Part shown: positions 8,123 through 15,727 of the stretch, in pieces | How the letters are laid out: each line of letters opens with the position of its first letter | Numbering within the stretch: position 1 is the first letter of the stretch | Origin: Candidatus Woesearchaeota archaeon | GTDB taxonomy: Archaea; Nanobdellota; Nanobdellia; Woesearchaeales; JACPBV01 | NCBI GenBank assembly: GCA_019323195.1 | Contig: JAHWHQ010000035.1 | Location: forward strand, 1-53,512 | Length of the DNA stretch: 53,512 nucleotides | Reading direction: 5' to 3' | Program-made: the position numbers and the translations under genes | The notes under the pieces: generated by a model | Seen by the model: only the letters and a program-made list of their open reading frames with translations | The model's database searches: none | What the model was told of the DNA's origin: nothing

Positions 8123-10306
8123 ATGCCTGCTAATAAGGACATAAAACAGCTGGTGGAAAGGTACAAGCAGAAGCTGGAAGAGGAACTGGGGGGCAGCGTT
8201 AAGGAGCCTCAGGGCCAGGATGAGAGGATAGTCACCAGGGAGTACATGGAGTTCAAGGAGGAATACCTGCCAGGGCATCTGACGTTCTATGAGAAGCTGT
8301 GCAACCTTTCTGAAAGCCTGGTCAGGATAAAGGCAGAAAAGAAGAGGGAGCAGGGACTTCAGGAGTCGATAAACATATGCCACCTTAATATCACGCCGGC
8401 AGGAGCAACGTCCTTTTCCATGGTAGCTCCTGTATTTTTTATCATTCTGATGTCTGTCATATCAATATTATTCCTGCATTCCTTTTTTTTTGTCCTATTT
8501 TTTATCATACTTGGTATCTCGCTGATAAAGCCGCTGTCAAGCCTGCCGGAATTCCTGGCAAATACATGGCGGCTTAAGGCGTCCAACCAGATGGTACTGT
8601 GCATATTCTATGTCGTGACATACATGAGGCATACATCCAACCTGGAGCTTGCCTTGAGGTTTGCATCCAACCATATCGCACCGCCACTCAGCCTTGACAT
8701 AAAGAAGATCATATGGGACCTGGAGACAGAAAGGTATTCCACGATAAGGGAGTCGCTGGAGGCGTACCTGCAGACATGGAGGAAATGGAACCTGGAGTTT
8801 ATCGAGGCGTTCCACCTTATAGAGGCATCGCTTTATGAGGGGGATGAGAAGACAAGGATATCTACCCTTGATAAGTCATTGGATGTCATACTGACAGAGA
8901 CATACGAGAGGATGCTGCACTATGCGCAGAACCTTAAGAGCCCAATAACGATGCTGCATATGCTGGGGATCATACTTCCTATACTTGGACTGGTGATACT
9001 GCCCCTTATCGTGAGCTTTTTGACTGATGTGAAATGGTATTATATATCCCTTATCTATAATATCGGGCTGCCTGTCATGGTATTTTACCTGGGAAAGACA
9101 ATACTTTCAAAAAGGCCGACAGGTTATGGAAGCACTGATATAAGCGAGCTTCCTGAATACAGGAAATATAGTGGGATATTGTTTAAGGTGGGAAGGAAGG
9201 AGGTGACGCTTTCCCCTGCTTACCTTGCTTTGATAATGGCATTGATGCTTTTTATCGTAGGGATAAGCCCGATATTCCTGCGTGCCTTTATCCCCAGTGA
9301 GGCAGGGCTTGGCTTTGGGGATTTTGACGAGACATCCACCTGCCAGAGGGCGTTCTGCCTGCTGGATTACCGCATGAGCGAGACCGGCAAGGTTTCAGGG
9401 CCTTTCGGCCTGGGGGCTTCATTGCTGAGCCTGTTTGTCACGATAAGCGCAGGCCTTTCCCTGGGGTATTACTTCAAGCTGAGGTCAAAGAACGTCATCA
9501 AGATAAGGAAAAAGACAGAGCAGATAGAGCAGGAATTTGCCTCGGGATTGTTCCAGCTTGGGAACAGGCTTGGGGACGGGCTGCCGGCTGAGACTGCGTT
9601 CGGGAAGGTAAGCAATGCCATGCAGGGGACTGTATCAGGCTCTTTTTTCCAGGCTGTCTCCATCAATATAAGGAAGCTGGGGATGGGGGTGGCTGAGGCG
9701 ATATTCGACCCAAGGCACGGGGCTTTAGTGCATTTTCCGTCTAACATTATAGAAAGCTCCATGAAGGTGCTTATCGAGTCAGTGAAGAAAGGGCCGAGGG
9801 TGGCGGCAATGGCGCTTATGAACATCTCAAGGTACATAAGGGAGATACATAAGGTTAACGAGCGCTTAAAAGACCTCATGGCAGAGGTTATATCCTCTAT
9901 GAACTCGCAGATAAAGTTTCTTACTCCTGTAATCGCAGGGATCGTAATTGGGATAACCTCTATGGTTACGACAATACTTGGGAAGCTGTCATTGCAGATG
10001 AAGGAGCTGACAACAGGGGCAGAGGAGGGCCTAAGCAGCGCTGTGGCAGGAGGCTTTTTCGGGCAGGGCGTGCCAACATATTTTTTCCAGATAATCGTTG
10101 GCATATACGTTGTGCAAATAACATATATCCTGACAGTGCTGTCGAACGGCATAGAGAACGGCTCTGACAAGCTGAACGAGAGGTACCTGCTGGGGAAGAA
10201 CCTGGTAAGGTCAACACTGCTGTACTGCATCGTCGCTTCGGCTATTATGATTATATTCAACATGATCGCTAATAAGATAATGCTGGTCAGCCTGATAGGC
10301 GGGTAG
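8123..10306 (+). CDS. polytopic membrane protein, probable FlaJ/TadC-like platform protein
   Basis: 727 aa with many TM helices. Starts 7 nt after the ATPase stop, which is the usual ATPase-platform gene pairing. No diagnostic motif was recognised by eye. Confidence 0.6.
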   Translation: MPANKDIKQLVERYKQKLEEELGGSVKEPQGQDERIVTREYMEFKEEYLPGHLTFYEKLCNLSESLVRIKAEKKREQGLQESINICHLNITPAGATSFSMVAPVFFIILMSVISILFLHSFFFVLFFIILGISLIKPLSSLPEFLANTWRLKASNQMVLCIFYVVTYMRHTSNLELALRFASNHIAPPLSLDIKKIIWDLETERYSTIRESLEAYLQTWRKWNLEFIEAFHLIEASLYEGDEKTRISTLDKSLDVILTETYERMLHYAQNLKSPITMLHMLGIILPILGLVILPLIVSFLTDVKWYYISLIYNIGLPVMVFYLGKTILSKRPTGYGSTDISELPEYRKYSGILFKVGRKEVTLSPAYLALIMALMLFIVGISPIFLRAFIPSEAGLGFGDFDETSTCQRAFCLLDYRMSETGKVSGPFGLGASLLSLFVTISAGLSLGYYFKLRSKNVIKIRKKTEQIEQEFASGLFQLGNRLGDGLPAETAFGKVSNAMQGTVSGSFFQAVSINIRKLGMGVAEAIFDPRHGALVHFPSNIIESSMKVLIESVKKGPRVAAMALMNISRYIREIHKVNERLKDLMAEVISSMNSQIKFLTPVIAGIVIGITSMVTTILGKLSLQMKELTTGAEEGLSSAVAGGFFGQGVPTYFFQIIVGIYVVQITYILTVLSNGIENGSDKLNERYLLGKNLVRSTLLYCIVASAIMIIFNMIANKIMLVSLIGG

Positions 10307-10375
10307 ATTTCTTGCAGAGGAATGAGAATTGCAGGGCAGCTAGGGGAATAAACCGATAAAAATATAAAATAATCT

Positions 10376-11074
10376 ATGATACAGGGTATAATGCGCAATT
10401 TATGGGATAATCTTGCAGGGTATTTTAGTGGTTCTAATGCCAGCTCCTCGGACAATATTGAAATCATTGAGCCTGTTCTTATAGAGGAGCTCAAAAAGAT
10501 AGATAATCTCAATCTGATTGATTTTGGCTGCGGTTCCGGTAATTTCTGTAAAAGGGTATCTCCTTTTGCCAGAAGGGTTCTTGGGATAGACAGCTCAAAG
10601 GAGATGATAAAGACTGCCAAGGAGAAGAACAAATCAGGCAATACAGAATTTACCAACAAGCCTATATATGACCTGGACATATCCTCCTTTAATGTACTAA
10701 ACGCAGAGTTTGTTACAGAATTCATGCCAGACGAGGAGCTATCCTATCTTTTGGATTATCTTGCCAAAAGCAGCATAAGAAAGATATTAATGGCTAACGA
10801 CAGGTATGAATTCATCAAGGAGACCATAAAAAGAAAAGTAGCGAATTATGGCATTGATGATGGTGGCTATACCATAAATCTGAATGGGAATATAATCAGG
10901 ATATACCCCCGCTCATCCGGTTTGTTGAAAAGCATGTTCCAGAGAAGGGGTTTTGAGCTGGAGAGGCTGGAGGAGTTGGGCTTTCCTGAGGAATTTCTTA
11001 AAAGATTCCCTGAGATGAGGGAAAGAAGTATAGGCATGGATGCATACAGCGTTTTTGTTTTTGGGAGGAAATAA
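10376..11074 (+). CDS. class I SAM-dependent methyltransferase
   Basis: Motif I LIDFGCGSGNF followed by an acidic loop (VLGIDSSKEM). Confidence 0.75.
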   Translation: MIQGIMRNLWDNLAGYFSGSNASSSDNIEIIEPVLIEELKKIDNLNLIDFGCGSGNFCKRVSPFARRVLGIDSSKEMIKTAKEKNKSGNTEFTNKPIYDLDISSFNVLNAEFVTEFMPDEELSYLLDYLAKSSIRKILMANDRYEFIKETIKRKVANYGIDDGGYTINLNGNIIRIYPRSSGLLKSMFQRRGFELERLEELGFPEEFLKRFPEMRERSIGMDAYSVFVFGRK

Positions 11075-11125
11075 GATATATTACTCCAAGAAATTGATGT
11101 TCACTAATCTTCTTAGGAATAGCTA

Positions 11126-11809
11126 TTAGCTTAAGGAATATTTGTCATCCAAAGATGCAGCGATATAGCCCGTTATGGCAAACACCAGGGCAAATTCGCA
11201 ATAAATCGAAGGGAACATGATCCTGTAAGCAGGGAATATGGCTATGAACAGTAATGCAGGTAAAGTGCTGATAAGCACCGCGGAAATTCCTATAAGGTAT
11301 AGCCTTCTTCTCATTCTGTTTCTCTCTTTCTTGCATCTGTTCCATATTAAACAGCACGCAATTGAAATATACCCGAAATAATAAAGAAAGTAAATGAAAA
11401 ACAGGACATTTCCTGGATTAAGTAAGATGTTTCTGACTGTAATGAAGACAGCATGGCATGTTCCTCCTGTCACGAATCTCTCCTGCGATAATGGAAGCAT
11501 TGCAAAAATCAGAGCCGGAACGTATAATGGGAGGGGCTTCCTTTTGGAATGGATGAGCCTAAGGGCAAAATGAAGCCCGACAGCAGGCAATAGGGTATAT
11601 GCGATGAACCCCAGCGAACCCCAAAGAACAAAATTATCTGAGGTGCATAGCATGAACTCTGTAAGCTGGTAGAATCCCAGAATAAAAATGAAAAGCGCTG
11701 TAAACCTGGAAACTATCGATCTCCTGAACCTGAGCAGTATAATCGTCCCTATGGCAAATTCAACCAAGGAGGTTATGATTGAAACATGGGGGCTGAAGCA
11801 CATAACCAT
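11126..11809 (-). CDS. polytopic (about 7 TM) membrane protein, hypothetical
   Basis: 227-aa ORF, almost entirely hydrophobic helices. Confidence 0.55.
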   Translation of the reverse strand: MVMCFSPHVSIITSLVEFAIGTIILLRFRRSIVSRFTALFIFILGFYQLTEFMLCTSDNFVLWGSLGFIAYTLLPAVGLHFALRLIHSKRKPLPLYVPALIFAMLPLSQERFVTGGTCHAVFITVRNILLNPGNVLFFIYFLYYFGYISIACCLIWNRCKKERNRMRRRLYLIGISAVLISTLPALLFIAIFPAYRIMFPSIYCEFALVFAITGYIAASLDDKYSLS

Positions 11810-11847
11810 GATAGAATCCTTATCCTATATTAAGTTAATGGAAATAT

Positions 11848-11935
11848 AGAGAAAGACAAAAATAGGTTATAATTTGTTTGTCTTTCTCTATTTAGTAGCG
11901 GCTATTTATTATAACTTACTTTAGTCCGCTACTAA
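11848..11935. repeat. double-hairpin intergenic element, copy B
   Basis: Hairpin 1 is AGAGAAAGACAAA (11848-11860) / TTTGTCTTTCTCT (11877-11889). Hairpin 2 is TTAGTAGCGG (11892-11901) / CCGCTACTAA (11926-11935). Collinear with copy A at 4368..4455. Confidence 0.6.
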
Positions 11936-11981
11936 TACAGAGGAAATGAGCTTCATTTTTAGGCAGTAAAAAAGAAAAAAA

Positions 11982-12126
11982 TGGGACCTGCGGAATTTGA
12001 ATCCGCGACACCTAGATCTCTGATAATCATCGGCAGATGCCTCATCAGATCTTTTCTGCTCTGGTCTGGAATCTTCAGTTTCACCTTTTTAAAAACTAGT
12101 GCTCTCCCAGGCTGAGCTAAGGTCCC
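11982..12126 (-). tRNA. intron-containing tRNA (isotype unresolved; Lys-UUU or an anticodon-UUA species depending on splice model)
   Basis: The reverse complement gives acceptor GGGACCU/AGGUCCC+A, D arm GCUC-AGCCUGGGA-GAGC and T arm GCGGA-UUCAAAU-UCCGC. Total length is 145 nt, so about 71 nt between CUAGU-UUUUAAA and CUAG-GUGUC must be an intron. Confidence 0.8.
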
Positions 12127-12189
12127 ATCAGGGATAAAGAATAAGGAAACCATATATAAACTTTATTGTTGCATCCCTATGTTAAAGGC

Positions 12190-13101
12190 TCATGTACTGA
12201 ATTCTTGAGTTGATTCCTCAAATTCACCCATATTAAAGGCTTTACGGAAAGCTAAGATAACAGCCCTGATCTTAACATCGGCATATCTTGGTCTTAACTT
12301 TTTTATCATCTTGTAAAGCAGATCATCATTTTCAATCAAGTCCTCCAACCTTTTTATGCCCTCAGTGATGTCCTCGCTTCTTAATAATTGAACTCTATCA
12401 ACAAGTTCAGAGAATATGTCTTCTCCAAGTCTCCTATAATGGTGTTTGGAGCCCTCTCTCATTTTTTCAGAAATATCTCTGGCAAATTTCTCCTCTTCAC
12501 TCTCGATCTCCTCTTTGAGCTCTTCTTGAAGCAGAACAGCCCTTACAAATCTTGATATAGCTTCATTTGTTGATTTATTGAAGAGTTCCTTCCTGAAAGG
12601 TTTGTAGAGTTCATCCTCATGATAGAATATGAGCTTAAAAAGGTGCTTCAAGAGCTTTTCTACATTAGGAGGCCATTCCTTAATTAGCTCTATCAGATGC
12701 AGCTCTATTTCCAGAACATCATAGGTTTCGCCAAAGAGCTTTACAAGCGCCTCTTTTTTGCGCTTCTCATAGAGAAAAATTTGAGATAAGCTTTCAATCT
12801 CCTTAATTTCTTTTAGGCGTCCCATATCATCTAATATCTCTTCCTCTAGTTTTTTCTCATCTCCTATAGTTATTAGATCAGGAGAGATCAATGACTCTAT
12901 TTTTTCCAATATGGGAAGAATTTCGTTAGAAGCTGGTGGCGCCTTCCTCATATTTGCAGGCGAGAACTTCTTACACAGTTGTTCTCTTTGTTTCCAGTTG
13001 GATATATGCTGCTCCCATAGAGGAATGCATTTTTCATTATCAACAGCCAGCTCTTTAGCTATATCTTTCTTATCCCCAAAAATATGATTTAACAACCCCA
13101 T
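12190..13101 (-). CDS. hypothetical helical protein (distant paralogue of 14747..15691)
   Basis: 303 aa. The N-terminus MGLLNHIFGDKKDIAKELAVDNEKCIPLWE aligns by eye with MTYLNRIFGSVEDIAKNEVMDDNTILGKWE of 14747..15691. Lengths are similar (303 vs 314 aa). Confidence 0.6.
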   Translation of the reverse strand: MGLLNHIFGDKKDIAKELAVDNEKCIPLWEQHISNWKQREQLCKKFSPANMRKAPPASNEILPILEKIESLISPDLITIGDEKKLEEEILDDMGRLKEIKEIESLSQIFLYEKRKKEALVKLFGETYDVLEIELHLIELIKEWPPNVEKLLKHLFKLIFYHEDELYKPFRKELFNKSTNEAISRFVRAVLLQEELKEEIESEEEKFARDISEKMREGSKHHYRRLGEDIFSELVDRVQLLRSEDITEGIKRLEDLIENDDLLYKMIKKLRPRYADVKIRAVILAFRKAFNMGEFEESTQEFST

Positions 13102-13166
13102 ATAAGAATTAAGAACAATAAGATATATTAATAAATCTTTCTTTAAACGAGCCTATCTCTAAAAGA

Positions 13167-13574
13167 TTAATATACTATCTCTTCTTCGTCTTTAATAATC
13201 TCTTCATCCTGCCCTTCTTCAGAACCAGTATCTTCTTCACCGCCTTCTGCGGGTTTTTTATCATTGGTAGCGGGCTTTTCACTGCCTTCTTCAAGGACCT
13301 CAAGCTGGCCGAACTTTCCTGTCGAAAGCTGCTTCTCTCCCTGCCATTCGCTTACCCAGCCGTTTATTATGTGGATCTTGCTCCCTACATTGACCTGGTC
13401 AACCTGCTCGTTCCATAAGGTCAGTGTTATCTCTCCTGAAGAATCCTTTATCTTGGCGTTGCAGACCCTTCCTTTTTTTCCGAACTTCTCAAACTCCCTT
13501 ACATCGCCTTTCTCAGTGACCTGGGCTATGATGTCAACCTGGCCCTGCCTTGCCTGTAGGTCTTTTATCTCCAT
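13167..13574 (-). CDS. single OB-fold ssDNA-binding protein (SSB/RPA-like) with acidic C-terminal tail
   Basis: The OB-fold-like pattern VDIIAQVTEKGDVREF...GRVCNAKIKDSSGEITLTLWNEQV...IHIINGWVSEWQGEKQLS is followed by a Glu/Asp-rich tail. Confidence 0.7.
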   Translation of the reverse strand: MEIKDLQARQGQVDIIAQVTEKGDVREFEKFGKKGRVCNAKIKDSSGEITLTLWNEQVDQVNVGSKIHIINGWVSEWQGEKQLSTGKFGQLEVLEEGSEKPATNDKKPAEGGEEDTGSEEGQDEEIIKDEEEIVY

Positions 13575-13664
13575 TTTAGCTTAAGAAATTCAGCTTTTTT
13601 TATAAATGTTTTTACTTTTGGATGAGTTAAGCTTTAAAAGATATATCAAATTCTTTATTAAAGT

Positions 13665-14600
13665 ATGGTTAATATAGATGTTGATGGATTTGCGGAAAAG
13701 GTTGAAGAATATCATCATGAACCAGACAGACCACAAGAATGGTTTTATCTGCCTGGAAGACTTAACTTGGATGACAGATCTATAGAATCTAAATTGTGCT
13801 CTCCATTTGAGGTTAATATAAAACTTGGAGGAGGTTCTTATCCTTTTATAGAAAGGACTGGAATTAGTTTTGATTATACTATTAAATTAGTTATGCTCCT
13901 GTTGGAAAGGGCATATAGGGGGTTGTTAGACGGATCTTGCATAAGCGATTACGCAAAAGCGGTTGCTGAGGCTATGAAAAATTTTGCAGAGCCATTCCCT
14001 GATGAACAGAGCACTAGGTGTTATCCCCATTTTTTATTGCATGGCATTGCATTACCAACTATGGAGGAGGTTATTTGCAAGATTTATTCAAACAGCAGGA
14101 TTATTCATGAAACACTTAAAACAAGAGAAGGGATAAAGAACAAACATGGGACGCAGCTTCTTGATGGTGATCTTCAGCTAACGATGAAGGATGGGCTTGT
14201 TGATGATTATTTTGGAATCGCTTATTTACTGGCTAAGCGAGATGCTGCTCTGTTGAGCAGTACATGGAACTATATCGCAAAAACAAGCTTCTTTGTGGAT
14301 AAAACGAAGAGTGAGATTTATGTGATGACAATTCAAGGATGTAAGTTTTGTGATATCAGTGGGGAAGATGAATATCAGAGGATAGTAGATATTCTTGAGA
14401 TGGGTCCAAGGCTATTTGTTCTTACTAAACTTAAGGATTTTGTAGAAGAGCAGGGCTTCAGGAAAATAAAGGTAATAAAACCAGAAGAACATCCCATGTT
14501 TATTGAAGGGCATAGGGGTTTTTTCGGCAATTATGAGCCTCTAATCAGAAAAGCAGGAATAACATCTGGGAATGGATGTTATTTAGAAAGCAGGCTATAA
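13665..14600 (+). CDS. hypothetical protein
   Basis: 311-aa ORF with coding-like composition. No recognisable motif. Confidence 0.55.
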   Translation: MVNIDVDGFAEKVEEYHHEPDRPQEWFYLPGRLNLDDRSIESKLCSPFEVNIKLGGGSYPFIERTGISFDYTIKLVMLLLERAYRGLLDGSCISDYAKAVAEAMKNFAEPFPDEQSTRCYPHFLLHGIALPTMEEVICKIYSNSRIIHETLKTREGIKNKHGTQLLDGDLQLTMKDGLVDDYFGIAYLLAKRDAALLSSTWNYIAKTSFFVDKTKSEIYVMTIQGCKFCDISGEDEYQRIVDILEMGPRLFVLTKLKDFVEEQGFRKIKVIKPEEHPMFIEGHRGFFGNYEPLIRKAGITSGNGCYLESRL

Positions 14601-14647
14601 ATTCTAAGCATCAGCGTTAGACATCTAAAGATACGGGTCTTTTATTA

Positions 14648-14746
14648 TCAGGCAGCAATCTTAGGCCCAAATTCAGCCTCACCGTTAACCAGCTTTTCAA
14701 TTATAGATTCAAAATGTTTATTAAGAAGGCTGTTATTATCTAGTAT
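14648..14746 (-). pseudogene. possible relic of a GlyRS C-terminus
   Basis: The minus-frame translation ...HFESIIEKLVNGEAEFGPKIAA* resembles the true glyS C-terminus ...DLSSVIGKLVSCEAEFGSIK*. The 14-nt block CCAAATTCAGCCTC is identical at 14667-14680 and 15741-15754. Confidence 0.3.
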
Positions 14747-15691
14747 ATGACCTATCTAAATCGCATTTTTGGCTCTGTTGAAGATATCGCTAAGAATGAA
14801 GTAATGGATGATAATACAATTTTAGGCAAGTGGGAGGATTATCTTGAGACTATTCCTGAGAAAAAGAGGATCATAGAAAAACTATCTCGTTTATTTGATA
14901 AAAGGAAGGCTTCTTTGAGAAGATTGAAGAAATTGCTTACTTTAGAGATAGTTGATGTTCAAGTAACGAAGAAAGATGAAGATGATATGATAAGCAATCT
15001 TGAGTCTTTAGAACATTCCAGAAGGATGAAACGGATTGAGAGATTAAGACTTTGTTTCGATTCTGTTGAAACAGAGGATAAGTATGTCTATAACCTGCTT
15101 TGCCATATCTATGTGATCCTAAGGTCAGAATGGCGTTTAGTTGAAAAGCTTGAAAATAATGAGGATATAAGAAAATACAGGAAATGGGTTGGTCTTTTAA
15201 GATCAGAACTTGCTATGGAAAGATCTGTCCTGAACCAGATGTATTATGATAATCATGATGTGCCTGTGTTTCATGACATATTTACAGCATTAGTCAGAAG
15301 AGAAAAGGTTATGGAGTCCATGGATGATAAGGAAAAAAAGCTTCTTCGGACTATGCAGAAAAGAATGGATAAAATATCCTCTGGAAAGATTTCAACCGGA
15401 ATAACACTTGAATGGGGAAGAGCTGTTTTCCATGCAACTAAAATTAAGGTTCAGGAGGCATATGATAGAGGTATTTTAAGTGGGGATTATGGTGCAGATT
15501 TTCAATTCGTGAACAGGCCTGAATTTATTGATTTAGTAAGGGAGGTGATATCTAAAATAAGAAACAAAAGAGAAAGAGAAGGGTACAAGGGAGATCCCTT
15601 ACTTTTTTTTCCAAGAAATAAGGATGTTTCAGAGCGGATGATTAAGGTCTTTGTTCATGTATTTAGAGAATGGTTCAATGAATTAGATTGA
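14747..15691 (+). CDS. hypothetical helical protein (distant paralogue of 12190..13101)
   Basis: 314-aa ORF. See the N-terminal similarity noted for 12190..13101. Confidence 0.6.
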   Translation: MTYLNRIFGSVEDIAKNEVMDDNTILGKWEDYLETIPEKKRIIEKLSRLFDKRKASLRRLKKLLTLEIVDVQVTKKDEDDMISNLESLEHSRRMKRIERLRLCFDSVETEDKYVYNLLCHIYVILRSEWRLVEKLENNEDIRKYRKWVGLLRSELAMERSVLNQMYYDNHDVPVFHDIFTALVRREKVMESMDDKEKKLLRTMQKRMDKISSGKISTGITLEWGRAVFHATKIKVQEAYDRGILSGDYGADFQFVNRPEFIDLVREVISKIRNKREREGYKGDPLLFFPRNKDVSERMIKVFVHVFREWFNELD

Positions 15692-15727
15692 CTTGATTGT
15701 CAATTGATTGAAGTTTATACAGATAAT

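Noticed and set aside
9469-10725. 418-aa minus-strand ORF
   Set aside because: It runs antisense across two well-supported plus-strand genes (the platform protein and the SAM methyltransferase). Its product is low-complexity and Ser/Leu/Ile-rich with no motif. It is a typical shadow ORF.
12016-12095. Box C/D sRNA inside the tRNA intron. In tRNA sense, UGAUGA is present once, GAUGA a second time, and CUGA twice, as in the euryarchaeal tRNA-Trp intron.
   Set aside because: The order and spacing do not fit C-guide-D'-C'-guide-D. CUGA overlaps UGAUGA, there is no terminal CUGA near the 3' end, and no 12-nt guides were identified. Left as a remote possibility for a covariance search.
11982-12126. 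Genome-wide stop-codon reassignment implied by a possible UUA anticodon
   Set aside because: TAA, TAG and TGA all terminate homology-supported genes at the expected lengths in this window. Recoding of UAA is therefore not supported. The tRNA oddity is reported as a finding instead.
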